Assembly (NCBI GenBank): GCA_964016885.1
Contig: OZ024742.1
Coordinates: 113,708,001-113,772,000, forward strand
From: Eledone cirrhosa
Taxonomy: Eukaryota
Length of the DNA: 64,000 bases
Reading direction: 5' to 3'
Made by a program: the position numbers and the translations under genes. Numbering within the stretch: position 1 is the first letter of the stretch; every line of letters starts with the position of its first letter. Under the pieces are notes generated by a model, which saw only the letters and a program-made list of their open reading frames with translations, had not been told where the DNA came from and made no database searches. This document shows, one piece after another, positions 27,907 through 41,557 of this stretch.

Positions 27907-28135
27907 TCTTTTCATTCGAAGAATATAAAATTCTTGAATTTAAATTACGAACTAGCGCTATCCAAAACTGTTCCCGAGATGAGAGTAAATGAAGTGGAAT
28001 CAATTTTTTAAAGGGCCGAAAGTAAAGATAGATGCAGAGGGAGGTAGGTCAATTGGCCAACACTATCACTAGCAGCAGTCGGAACGGCCAAATTTATAAT
28101 AGGAACACATATCATTATTTGCTAAACCTGATTAT

Positions 28136-28155
28136 ATATATATATATATATAGAT

Positions 28156-28204
<49 letters not shown>

Positions 28205-28240
28205 CAGATATAGATATATATAGATATAGATATATATAGA
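28136..28240. repeat. (TA)n/(GATA)n microsatellite
   Basis: Direct reading. Confidence 0.95.
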
Positions 28241-28244
28241 GAGA

Positions 28245-28331
28245 GAATATGTAAAAGCGAAGTAGTTTCAGATGTTCAAGTCCTTTATTAAAGGACTTGA
28301 GCATCTGAAACTACTTCGCTTTTACATATTC
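28245..28331. repeat. 87-bp near-perfect palindrome (half-hammerhead-like)
   Basis: gaatatgtaaaagcgaagtagtttcagatgttcaagtccttt-att-aaaggacttgagcatctGAAActacttcgcttttacatattc. Confidence 0.92.
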
Positions 28332-28409
28332 GATATTTACTCCGTCACTCCTATGTGGAAAAAGTACGTTGAGTGCTTGAATTGCATCAATATTTACCCT
28401 AAGTATATA

Positions 28410-28476
<67 letters not shown>

Positions 28477-28644
28477 TTATATATAAACAATGAGTTTGTT
28501 GCTTATTCAACAAATTTAATCTACAACAGATTAGAAGCACTCAACCGTTTTTTATCATTAATATCAATGATATTAGTAAATGGAAAATATCCTTATAAAG
28601 CCATATCAATTATACTTTATTATTATATTGTATTACATATTCGT

Positions 28645-28830
28645 GGATTGGCAGTATCGGTAGAGGGTCGGACGCCATGCTTTGATGCATAGAGTTACAA
28701 CCCTTTATGATCTGAGTTCAAATCCCGCCGAGGTTAACTTTGTCTTTCATCCTTACAGGGTCGATAAAATGAGGTACCAGTAATGCGCTGGTTAATTGGT
28801 GGCCCTGTGCCAAAAAGTAGAAATAATTAT
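28645..28830 (+). mobile_element. tRNA-derived SINE, same family as 16421
   Basis: tggcagtatcggtagag...ctgagttcaaatcccgccgaggttaactttgtctttcatccttacagggtcgataaaat. Confidence 0.88.
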
Positions 28831-28997
28831 TATATATTATTATACCTATTTCAAGGGAACTAATATTTAAGTAAGCTTTCGAGAGATAAAATATAATAAT
28901 TGGTGTTTAAGATAGTGATGATAAATAATAATTAAATTGTTAATTTCTCAGATGGTACACTAAACCTTAATTCTGGCCTATATTACCCGTAGCATAA

Positions 28998-29682
28998 AAG
29001 ATCTGTCCCAGATGCGTGTGCGACGAGGAAACCGTTGCATACGCATTGGTACACTGCTCGGGCGTAGCCGATCTGTGGGGCTATGTCGAACAACTGCTGT
29101 CAAGGGTGGGACCGATCCGGTTGACCACCGAGTCTGTTGTAATGATCAAGCCGCCTCCCACCTTCAAAGATGAAGGAGAGGCGGTGTTTCTGTGCGTAAT
29201 AGCCATGGTGAAAGAAGTTGTATGGTGGACGCGTCTGAAAGGACTGAGGTCAGGCACCTTTCTCTCTGGCCAACAACTGTTCCGTTTCTTCCAATATCAT
29301 TTCGGAAGAAGGATCAGGATGGAGAGAGAGGTGCTCCACCCTAGTCGATTTCATGAAAGGTGGGTGAAAGTGGCGAGAATGGCCCGTGTGAATGGGCCTT
29401 CTCTTTACATAAGCCTGTAGGTGGAAAAGAGAAAGGAACGAGGGAGCACCCGCTCTCTGTGCTCCTGAGGAGAAGGGTTGCACACTTGTTGGGTGGGGGG
29501 GTGGGCGATCCCCCAAGGCGCCTCCTCTCTATTGAGGATTTTGTTATAAATTTTATTTTTGTTATATTTTATTTTATTTTTATATTTTGTTATTGCCTCC
29601 TTATTGAGGACGCCTTGTTTTGTAAACTCCCCCCATTGTACTTGTCCCATTTTTGATGCCCTGGTGGCAAATAAAAGAAACA
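28998..29682 (+). mobile_element. 5'-truncated Tx1/L1-clade LINE 3' end with 19-bp TSD
   Basis: Zn-knuckle CP.C..DEETVAYALVHC as in ORF 30348-31202; AATAAA near the end; TSD tatattacccgtagcataa at 28979 and 29683. Confidence 0.88.
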
Positions 29683-30211
29683 TATATTACCCGTAGCATA
29701 ATATTAATTAACACCTAAACTAGGTTAGCTTCTACTCTAACTACCGGCTAATAAAAATATATTTGTTAACAAAGCAGATTATTACAATGACGCTCTACAC
29801 AGAGCTGGATACAATAATGATATTAACTACATAGGTAAGAATAGTATAAACCAACCTCCTAAAGTTTATGATAATATTAAATAAACCAAATTAACATAAA
29901 TAATAAATCAAATAAAAAGCCAGAACTAGAAATATAATTTTGTATTCTCCTCCAATTTAATTAAAAATTAAGACACCTTTAGCACACCAATTATTTAAGC
30001 CTTTAGATAAATGTTTTCCTAAGTCCCATAAGTATCACTCATATTTTAACAGGCATACAGTCACGCTCTCTACTATGAATATAGCCCAACATTTTACTAG
30101 AATTAATAATAGGAATTTAAAATTAAACTCAGCCCAAATAAACTCAAGTAGCAATAATAATATAACTAATAACATTAAGTATAATAATAATAGCGAATGC
30201 ATAAATAATCA

Positions 30212-33200
30212 TTTCTTTATTGGCCACAAGTTGCTGACATCAGAAAAAACATTACAGACAGTACTTGCCTGATTTTTCTCTTCAAGTGAAACTTGAAAAA
30301 GTTAATAAGGGATTCGTCGAAGAGGAAAGTATCTGTCTTTAACCCTTTCAACCTTGCCCACCACACAATCTCTTTCGCCATGGCCACCAGGCGGATGAAA
30401 CCCCCTGCCCATCCTCCTCGAAGGAAGATGGCGAGACCATCTGCACAATGGACTCAGTCGAGAACATAATCAGTCCTACACGCGACAGCAACTGTTCGAC
30501 ATAGCTCCACAAGTCAGCAATGTTCGGGCACTGAACGGGTGCGTGGACGACGGTTTTGTCGCTGTACGCGCATCTTGGACAGGGTCGGCTGACGGCACTT
30601 CCCTGCCTGTTGAGCTTATCTCGAACCGGCAACGCTCCCCGGTAGCACTGCCAGGCCAGGGATATTTGGAAGTTATCCATAGGCCCTGGGCTGAAAGTTC
30701 CCCGGAAGAGAGCAAACAGCTGATCTTCTTCGACGCCCTGGATCTCTCCGAGAACGTCATCCCTCTTCCCCTCCACTGGTCCTCTATAGAACGCCGAGGT
30801 GGATGTTCCACCGATACTGGCGCCCAGCTGGCAGAGGGCGGTGAATGCCTGGAGACATTCAAGTTTCCAAGCGCTATCCCCGGTCTTTTTCCTGGCCCAG
30901 GACTGCAGCTCCGTCAAGGAGACGAGCTGTGCGAAAACGTGCATGGCGAACGGCGACCACACCTGTTCACCGTCAAGGAAGCACCAGAGATGTAACATTA
31001 TCAACGCATGTTTGCGCATCATCAGCCATGGCATGCCCAATCCTCCACGCATCGGGTGTTGACAGCAGATGGATCGTCTGACCATGGGAGCGCGTCCCTT
31101 CCACAAAAAAGGGGAAGAGGAGGCGCTCCATTTAGGTGAGAGTTGGGCTGGGGCAAAATACAACGGTGAGGCGGTAGCAGATGACGGATGCGATGTACGC
31201 ATTCGCCACCACCGCCCGGCCCTTCAGGGACAGCTTCCTCTCGGCCCATTTCTGGCTGAGGGAGGCCACCCTGCTCGTCACCTCGGTCCAGTTTTTCTCC
31301 ATCTGGAGGTCTGGTCCTTAGAAGACCCCGAGCAATTTAAACGGTCCATCCGTCCAAATCCCCACGACGCTGTCGAAAGGCATGGACTTGCCACTCTAGG
31401 TGCCAAGCTGCAAGCCCACCGTCTTTTCCTGGTTTAACTTTGCTCCTGTCACCGCTTCGTATTCCTTAAGAGCGGTGGCGAGCATCTGGACATGTCTGGT
31501 GGTCGAACATTCCACGGTGACATCGTCGGCGTAAGCCGACTCGGATTTGAAACATCCTCGTTCGCGTTGGACGCCCCTCATCGCCACAAGTTTGTGCAGT
31601 AACGGCTCGAGAGCCAATACGTACAAGAGGGACGAGAGGGGACAACCCTGGCGGACCAAGCGCATGATGCTGAACGGCTGCAACAGGTGACCGTTCACCC
31701 TCACGACTGAGCAGATGTCGCTGTACATCGCAGCGATCCAACCCCTGAAAACGGGCCCGAAAAGGCTTTCCTCGAGGATCACTGCCAGGTACCGATGGTC
31801 AACCCTATCAAATGCTTTGGATTGACCCAAGTTAATCAGGGTCCCACCCATCCCGGGTTCCTTAACTACCATCTCTACGATGTATCGCATGAGGTGGAGT
31901 TTGTCGTGTGTGAATCTGTCCGGAATGGCGCACGTCTGCGCCTCTCCCACCAGACCCGCGATGACAAGCGCCAATCTCTTTGCTAACACCTTGGCCAAAA
32001 TCTTGAACTCTGCGTTTAGCAGGGTTATGGGCCTGAAGTTATCGTATCGATAACATCCCCCTTGTGCGGGTCTTTTCTCAGCAGCGACACCGCTCCCCGA
32101 CTAAAAAAACTGGGAAGGCTTCCGTTCTGCTGCCAGTTGCAGTAGACGTCTGTCAAGAGGTCACCGAACAAGTCTGGCATAAATGCATAAAGCTCGTAGG
32201 CCATACCATCCAAAACTGGCGATTTACCCCTCCTGCAGTTAGCCATCACTTCCCTATTTTACCGGCTGATATTGGATTTCGTAACACTGTGCTGCGGTCG
32301 TCGAGGGCCGATGCAGTCCGTCGAAGTATGCACTGAAGTCCATACCCCATCCGTCCCGTCGCTGCTCCCGAACAGTTCAGCAAAGTCCTGCTGAAAAGCC
32401 GCACAAATCTGCTCGTGCTCGAGCAACGAGCGCTCGTATTGGTCAGATAAGGAACGAATTGTGGCTTTGTTTCCACGTCGTGCCTCTGCAATTCGGGTCC
32501 AATGTACGGCTTTTGTCCCCTCGTGTTTCAGAGCACGCGCTCAAGCTCTGACAACGCAGCCTTCGTGTTTTTCCTTGAAGAATTGGTCGAGTGCCAATCA
32601 CGTCGCAAGCACGTAGGTTGCGATGCCTGCTCTAAACACTTCTTCTAGCTTCCTGACTAGCTCTCCCGCTATTCTATTTTCCTCTATCACTAGTCCTTTG
32701 CTAAACCTAATCGACTCTACTTTAATTGCCCTTTTCAGGGCGAACCACCACATGTTGTTGACGACCGCTCCCGTCAACGCCCGCTCAACTGATACGCTAA
32801 TCCGGTCTATGTAGGCTTTGCGCGCCGGGAAAGACGCCTTCAACGTCCAGTAGGCGGCTCTTATCTAATAAGTTTTTCTATGTCGATCACACAAATCACG
32901 AATGTGTGGTCTGTGTAGTCGACTATTTTAAATTGTGGACAACATATACTAGCATTACCTAGTTCTCTGCAGAATAACCTATCGAGATACGATCTGGATG
33001 CGGTTTGTTCATGTCCACATTGGCACATTCGGATAATCCAGTCGATACCTGTCAGACAGTTCAAAACATCTGAGCAGGTTGGGGAGGCTCTTGTACTCTC
33101 CTCCCCTATCCATTAGACCCACAGAATCCCAGCGTGCATCCAGGAAACCATTCCAGTTGCCCACTAACACTAAAGAGCGGGACGTTCGAAGAACGGTCTC

Positions 33201-34480
33201 TAGATGCCTGAAGAAATATGGCAGTCCTGCCCCAGTTTGGGTGTAGACGGCTACTAGCCTGAAATCATTGCCTTCGCTGCTGGTCACGTCCAGCACCACC
33301 GACTTACGTTATAGATCCAGGAAGATGGCCCGTATGGCGAGATCCAAGCATCTCTGAAAAACGACCGCAAACCCTCCCCCCGATCATGGACGGCTGGGAG
33401 ATGCGTATACATTGTAGCCGCCGAAGCTCGGTGCGAAGGCTTGTACCTCGGAGATTCTGGTCTCTCTGATGGCCACCACATCTATGTTTAGTGACCTCAG
33501 GTCATTGAGCAGGTGACCCTGCTTCCAAGATGACCCCCAGGCCACGTGCATTTATACTGCCTATTCTAAGTACGGCCATGTTGGATGAGAAACGGGGCAA
33601 GTGAGAAAGGGTCACTTAACTTGATCGTGTGGTGAAGGGACAGTAGAAGCGCCCCTTTGACTGGTCATTGGGGTTTCCAAGAGGATGTTGGTGTATATCC
33701 TATTGGTAACTGACTCTCTGAAGTCTCCAACTGCGTTGGGGAATTTTGTTTTAAATGTTTGTACTGTTCTATTTTGATATCAAGTATGCTTATGTTTGTC
33801 GGGAGAGTTCTTGGTGTTGGTGGGGTGTAGTAGTGTTTCTCTGTGATGTCTGTCTGCTGCTTCATATATTTTATGAGTTCTTTATTTGCCATGTTCATGG
33901 TTGTGTACTTTTTTTTTTGGGGGGGGGGGGATAATGTTGTTGCTGTTTTCTTCTTGTTGCTGTTTGGAGTATGTGTTTTGTTTCGTTTGCCTTGTTGGTG
34001 TTTTTGGTGATGGTGATGGTGGTGGTGTTGCTGCAAGTCTCCTTGCAGCCTTTACCACTCTTTGTGTGCCTTCACTTTTGGAGGGTGAAGCTAACGGTTT
34101 TTTTGGGGGGTTGTGGCAAACCTTTTGCCACTTCACTCCCGCCTCAGATTCCACGTCTGATTCCGTGGCATCTGGGAGGGGTATGTGCTCCACGGCTGTT
34201 GGTGGTGGTAGTGGAGGCCTCTCGGCAATGGTGTTGCTGGTGCAGCTACTGCAAATGTAGCTACTGGTGTTGCCGCCACTGATGCTGCTGCTTTATTTGT
34301 CCGTGTCCTTGTTACGGGTGCCACGGACGTTGCCCTCCTACTCACCGCGGAAGGTGCTTCTGCCTTTGTTGCCTGCCCCGTCTTGGTAGCAGCGGACCAA
34401 GTATTGGAAGGAGAGGGGCCTTCTTCTTCGCTGTCTTCTGCGGGAAAAAGGCCCTAGGGTGACCCATTTACCCACAGAGA
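30212..34480 (-). mobile_element. Degenerate near-full-length Tx1-clade LINE (ORF1, APE, RT, Zn knuckle)
   Basis: APE: FRLVAVY, VLVGNWN, SYLDR, TDH. RT: GKSPVLDG, QSKAFDRVDH, VRQGCPLS, AYADDV. C-terminus: GGLGMP, CPRC..TVVHAPVQC. 3' end like 29660-29680. Confidence 0.9.
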
Positions 34481-35423
34481 TAACATTTTTGCCGTATTCC
34501 CTCTACGTTTATAGGGAAATAATAATAATAAGGTGTCTCTAAATAACAATATAAGAAAATTGTACAGTATACAAATGCACCATAAAAACTAGAGATAGAG
34601 TATATAATCATATAGGAGCTAATTCTTCAAAATTTAAGGACCATTGGTATAATCATAACACAATTTCAAACGATCGGACCGCACTATCACAGTTAAATTT
34701 GGTCTTTAAAAAAGAGTAACACTGACTATTCAATCTCTTGGCGAAAGATATCGAATGTAGCAGTTTACCAAAATATGACACTTCCAAGAATTTTTCGTAT
34801 CTGCAGTTAAGAAATCTTTCATATAATTACTAATCCTGGTAATATTATTAACAAGAAAAAAGTAAATATTTAATTCTTGTTTGCATCGATTCTGCAGAAC
34901 AATGCACAATATTTATAATTAATAGAAACCATTGCAGTATTGTCTGTATAAGTTTCCTATGTATAATATACATTTTTGATTGTCTTTAAATTCCTTAAAT
35001 TTATACATAGAAATATTTATTATTATCAACATTTATACATAGAAATATTTATCTATTTATTATTATCAAAACCATATTTACTATATTGTGCTCTGAAATA
35101 TTATGGACATTTTTACTTATATTATAATATAATTTATAAGTAATTATTAGGTTAAATATTAGATTAAACAATATATTTTAAAATAATATATATTCCTTAA
35201 ATACTAAACACGAGAGTTGTTTTCCCCTTAAAAAAAAGTTTGTATACAATTCATATATACGACACATTCAAATTTACATAAATGTTTAAATTGATATTAC
35301 TAACCTTATACAATAATAGATTATGCATCATACTATACATCTTTACTGAAAAAAAGTATATATTTACTTTCTCATTCTTAAAGTATATATAAAAATGCAT
35401 ATATATTATCGCTTGATATATCT

Positions 35424-36116
35424 TACGCGGGTGTCTTGACCAACCTCCCCTTGAGCACATCCCTTATGCTGTTGAACGCCTTCCATCTGGCCCTTACTCT
35501 CGGCGAGATCTCCCTCTCAATGTATCGGCGCATGTTCTCTTCTTGTCCTAGGTAGACGTATTCCTCCACCTCCTCTAGTTCAACACCGCCAGCCACCATT
35601 CGACCTGTTGGTACGTTGTCGGACTGCATGAACTTCGTTTTCATAAGGTTCATCTTGAGGCCTGCTGCAGAGCTTTTGATGTCGAGCTCCGTCAGCATGG
35701 TCTGAAGCTGATCCGTGGCTGCAGCGATGAGTACGATGTAATCAGCGAAACGGAGGTGGGTAAGTATCTCACCGTTGATGTTGACACCGCCTTGCCAGTC
35801 AATGCCTCTGATGATCTGCTCGAGACACGTGGTAAAAAGTTTTGGAGAGATCGTATGTCCTTGATTCACTCCCTTCTCGACTGGCACCTTTACGGGTTAT
35901 GACAACAGACCTATGTCGGTGGTGCATCCGGAGTTCGCCTCCTTGAGCAGTTGAATGTATTGCGCCTCCACGAAGGTGGAGTTACGATTTTAGGAATATG
36001 ATTGGGACTACATGGATGAGGAAAGCACGATCCAGAGAGGAATGGACGGCATGCTATGAGCAGCGGCGCCGAATGGACGCCAGACAGACTGGTCGGTCAA
36101 ATTGATCAATTTGACA
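35424..36116 (+). mobile_element. RTE LINE with 5' inversion: RT piece on minus 35424-35971, 3' end on plus 35965-36116
   Basis: GVNQGHTISPKLF, HLRFADYI, YVYLG on minus; the plus part matches the reverse complement of the RTE 3' end at 53052-53205. Confidence 0.88.
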
Positions 36117-36801
36117 TCTTACTCTCACATATATATATATATATATATATATAGTTTACGCTCATTTATAATTCTATGTCTATATATATATTTAAATAAG
36201 ATCTATATTCAAGCATAATCATTTATGTACTAAATATTTTTTTTAAATAACGATATACAATAATGTCTTATACTACAGTACATTATCGTTATAACTGCAT
36301 TCATCATAATACTAAAATATATGCGATAAATATATCCTTTCGCATATCTAAATACAGGGGATCTTTCAAATATTATAATGTTGTAATTGATTTAATAAAT
36401 TAATAGTTCTCAATTTAATAATATAAATTATAATTCTCACTTAAATATTATAAATACTTCCATATTCTTAAAATATATAAACAAATTAAATGAATAAATA
36501 TAATTATATCATTCGTTCTATCCCCATGTAAATATGTTTGGGGTTGTGTATACATGTTTCTATAAATAATCTTACAATATATCTTACAATATATTTTCAA
36601 GTTAAATACCAAACCGTTTAAAAAAAAAATTGATACATATTTAAAATCTATATAGCGTCTAAACTTAACGGACCTTTTCAGTTTTAAAGTTATCCTCAAC
36701 AGCATATTTCCCCTACGTTTTGAGAAATTATATTCACTATCTTCACTGAACTTATAACATCAAGTTCACATGAATATATGTCACTATCTTTACACCAATT
36801 A

Positions 36802-36860
36802 TTATATTTTATCTGACGAAAGCGTACCAAAATATTAGTACCCATCAAATACGTATAATA
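36802..36860 (+). ncRNA. Degenerate hammerhead motif, resembles 44859
   Basis: tatta..CTGACGA aagcgtac...gtac..cAAA tacg TA taata; G12 mutated. Confidence 0.45.
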
Positions 36861-37643
36861 AATATGGTGTTATAAAGATTTGTTATATATATATATATAT
36901 GCAATAAAAATGCTGATATGCATGTAGACATACAGGATGTGCATGCAGATATCCGGAGAGAACAATGTGGGGGCAAGAACCTTTTCAAACCTGCACAGGC
37001 TTACGTCAGTAACACAGTAACCTGTTCAACTGTTCAGAAACCTTCCACATACGAACACAATCCTTTTGAATCCCAAAAGAAAATAGGAAAAACAATCTGT
37101 TTAGATAATATATTTTTTGCCGCTTGTTCGAATAATAAATTTCTATTCCGTTAAGTTGATCTACGTTAAATGTAGTATAGAATATATCTAAAAATAATTA
37201 GCAAACACGCTATGCATAGAAATATTTAAACACCATATCATATTTCTCTGAACATTGAAATTGTTAGTCATCAGTTTATCTATCTGAACAAAAATACATT
37301 TTTCTTCGAGACACGTTGTTTACACAGTTCTATAGATATAGAATCGGCTAAATTTCTACAGCATTGAAACCGACACTGATACTACAACAGTATGTATTCA
37401 TTGAATTAAATCATTCACACTTATACTATAACAATATATGTGAAAATTACATCCAGGTCAAGTATACGCCATTCGTCTGCAAATGAACGAACCACATACT
37501 TTATCATTAATCTTATAAAATACGGAATATAATCGGAATGAATATAATGATATCTTTCGTTCTAACGTCTTTGAAAACTTTACAATATAACTGCAGATAA
37601 TGCAGTTAAGTAAGGGAGTCTAAATATATGTATATATATATAC

Positions 37644-37692
<49 letters not shown>

Positions 37693-40600
37693 TATATATA
37701 TATATATATAATTATATATATATATATATATATATTAGTATGAACGCGGTAAAACCAGTTACACCATTATTCACCAGAGTACTCGATACATTAGGAACGT
37801 GTTAATGTCATTATTTAATAGAGATACATCTTCTATAGGACTAGTCGTATTTTATTCGTATCAAATCATCACATGATTTCATACGGAATAGAAACAAAAT
37901 TCTATTATACAATATGGTTCCAAATAATGTGGGTCCCTGAAGAGCAAGAACGTGTAATGCCGTTTTTCTCTACGACAAATGCATTTAACCTAACATTAAC
38001 TGGGAACAGCATGAAGCCATATACCAGCCACACTTTATACCGATCCAAAGAAAAGGCATAACAATATCTACGTCATAATATAGTGAACATTCTCGTCAAA
38101 TACTAGTGGACAAAAATTCTTTAAATTATGGAACATCTTTCCCACTCTTATGACTTAACATCAATTCTAGCGACTCTTCAGATGATACCTTTGAAATGTT
38201 GTGAATATGGGGATGGGATGAGAGAGGATTGAGTTTGAAAACCAATATCTAAGTTTATCCCACTCCTTAATATAAAAAATGCTGTAGGTGCCTGAATCGT
38301 ATATACCGTATAGAAAGCATATCGCAGAGCTATATACTTCCGACAAGATATGCCTTACAAATGGATCCACATAGTAGGAAAAACACTCCGATGAGAGCTG
38401 TTCAATAAACGTGATATACAAAGCATAGAAGGAAGCCGTCTTGAAAATGTCTCAATTCAGATGGTATGCCCATGTGATAGGATGACGGACTCCAAAAAAA
38501 CACCTATCATTTCAAATTTCAGGTGGGAGTGGAAAACGGAGGAAACGTCTCTTGGCATACAATGATAAGCTGAAAAAGAAAATCAAGCATCAAGATTGAT
38601 ATACAAGCATCGTAATTTGAGGAAAAAAGATAAAGCAACTGGGTGATCTAAGGTAAGGTCAACGGTTGGGATTTTCAATTCTATTTTTTGCGGAGGATGT
38701 GTTCTAATTTGCAAAATATGAGAAGGCTTCATGTCTCGTAGAGCACATAAAAAAAATGTTAGCGCCCGACAGCTGAGGTTATGATGTTTCAATACCGAGA
38801 GGATATTCGTAATATTTGTTCATTTTAAGATAATTCTAGACAGTGTTTCGTCAGGCATGGACAAGAGTTCATAGACGTGTGATATTATTAGAGAAAATGA
38901 TGTAGTTGTGGGAAATGGGGTAAAAGTTAGTCAGTAAACAATGTGTGTGGTGAGGTTAATAGCCTCATAGGCATCAAGTGCTTATTTCGATGTCAGGGAC
39001 TTTGTACGCAGACGTGCTCGTTGACTGGAATTTGATGTATGTATTACTTACCTCTTCTTAGTTGTGACATTTTCTTAAGGTATGCACCCAGCACGGCCAG
39101 GTGTCCTTTTCTGTTTTATTTACACATTGTGGAGCGATGTGTTATCTGTGTGTCACTCACTGAATCTGGTCTCATGTACCTACCACATATCTGTGGTCGT
39201 AAATAATGAGATGAATATATTTTCTAATCCTGCGAGGGGGACCAGCACCAGACATTAATTTATGCGTAGCTAGATTTCACTAGACTGTGGGAATAATAAA
39301 ATAGATTTTGAGTGTGGGCGATATAACCAGAATAACGACAGCTCTAGTCAAGACAACAACAACAACATTGACCACATTGACTACAACGACTAGTGTTGCA
39401 GCAGAGATAACAATACATTATTAAATACAACAGCTACATCAACACAAGTCAGCCGTATAAATAACCGCAACGTCATTAGTAATGGATTCGTCCACGACAA
39501 CGACGGCAATAATAGTCACGACTGCGATGGTAATGCTCGTCATAAACAGACTCCCATAGAATTAATGATAATAATTTTAGTAACAACAACGATTGTCAAT
39601 CGCCACAACAGTGATATTTATCACAGCAATAACGCATGGGAAAGTTAGGAGTAAGAATTGTGTGGTCGGTCTAGCAGATTGTATATTCAGCCTGAGAATA
39701 AATATGAATGGGCTATCCAGGCAAGGAAATATCTAGGTCGATTACGTTGATACCTACGATAATATCTACGTTTATATCTACAATAATAAATAGGTAAGTT
39801 CGTTATAGTATTATACTGTTTATAGGGTAGAGAAAACACATGCAGTTTCGCCGATCCCTATGCAACAGTTCTATACTATAACAATGCATCATCACTTTGA
39901 GGTTGATGCAGCTTATAAAGAGACCCGACAGAAAAAAAGACTGCTTCTTGACACGTTCGTAGCGAGTAAGACATCTCTAAAGGAATAGGGAGGAATTAAC
40001 ACGTGATGCATTGGTAAACAATGGACTGTTTCTATCATAGCTAGTGAGAATATCTCGAGAGACGCAGGGAGAACTTACCACATGATGCAGTGGTCACAGA
40101 AGGGCAATAAGGTGGACTGTGAGCGAATAACGTATTTGCTAGAAGAAACAGTTAGTACACTCCTGCGTTAACTCGACCAGAATGGATATTGTGACAATAT
40201 AATAATGTATTCATATGTATATGTGTCCGTGGTGTCTGCTTTAATAAGTTTTGTTCGATGACGACAGAAAATAATGAAGTTAATTAAAACATCTCAATAT
40301 TCAGAGCTATTTCTCAAGTTACAAATTATGAGGAAATAATAGACAGATTTTTGATTATATATATATATATATATATACATATAATTACATAAACGGAGAA
40401 CGCTATTAGCGATTATCCGACCAATGTCCAACTCACTCAACAAACATTAGGAAATACCGGAGTATATTCTCAATTAAACGTTTGTGGTGCTAACTATATT
40501 GTATTGTGTGGATAATTGGCTGTATTATTTTATATGTTATATAATAAATAACTTATTTCCCAAACGAATCGTTTCATTATAAGATTTCTACATGGTGGGT

Positions 40601-41516
40601 GAAATTATACCAAGTTATGTAGAAGCTTCTGTATGATCAATGGATTTTATGCAAGTAAGCTCTTATAAATCTTCAGTGGATGCCCAATAATATTAATAAC
40701 TAAATCAATATTAATATTTAGCGATAATCACCATCACTGCTAGAAGGAACTGTTAGGTTGTAAGTCCAGCAGTTCTAAAGAAAATCTCACACTGTCCCGA
40801 AAATGGGAGGAGGAGACTACCGCCAAAAAATAATGTACACGCAGATCATTGAACTCTGACAAACATTCAAGCCTCGTGCGAAAAATTCAATTGGATATGA
40901 AAAAATGAATATATGTGTGCACTGTTTAAGGACACATAGAGATATTTTCTGAGGCAAAATAACAGACATGAAATACAGGGACAAAACAATCAATATTCAT
41001 ATTAAAAAATGAACAAAGACAGTCATACCTTATATCAGGCAATTTCATATCTGGTGTTCCAAGAGTATAATACATAATTACATATGTATGCATATATATA
41101 TATGGGGAGTGCATGTGTGCGTATGTGTGTGTATTAATATATTAAACTGAAGTCAGGATCTTAGTTTCGTGAATTTAGTTCGACAACCATGGTTTTGGAA
41201 TCCAGAAACAATATGAAATATTTACATTAACCAATATTGGAAGAGAAAATAAATTCCGCCTAGAACATTTGGTATAGGAGGAGACACTGAATACAAAGTA
41301 TATAAACCATCGTCGTTGCCGATATCATGTGATCATCAATGCGTTGTATCATTTAATTTTAAACAAAAGCTATTAGGGAAATGGAAGTGTTATATTCATG
41401 CTAGATATAGTAGCAACATTCTGTCTAGATCAACACTACAATAAATAATATCCATGAAAAGTTATTTTTCACTAATTAAATACAAATAACTTTATATATT
41501 CTCCTTCTCTCGCTTG

Positions 41517-41553
<37 letters not shown>

Positions 41554-41557
<4 letters not shown>

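Larger units (their letters stand above)
27155..28095 (-). mobile_element. Two head-to-tail ~483-bp units, each with a hammerhead (retrozyme or tandem PLE pLTR)
   Basis: 27155-27612 highly similar to 27638-28095; HHR cleavage positions 27345 and 27828. Confidence 0.85.
28850..34900 (+). mobile_element. Old PLE split by two Tx1 insertions (pieces ~28850-28997, ~29701-30210, ~34490-34900)
   Basis: IVNFSDGTLNLNSGLYYP*H; KADYYNDALHRAGYNNDINYI; YKCTIKTRDRVYNHIGANSSKFKDHWYNH..IWSLKKSNTDYSISW; colinear with the PLE at 59560-61510. Confidence 0.7.

Noticed and set aside
27319-28011. Duplicated 81-aa and 69-aa ORFs
   Set aside because: TTG starts, antisense to the HHRs, and a differing stop between copies; a by-product of the tandem repeat
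28850-30210. Very AT-rich tracts as mitochondrial insertions (NUMTs)
   Set aside because: Translations match PLE RT motifs, not mitochondrial genes
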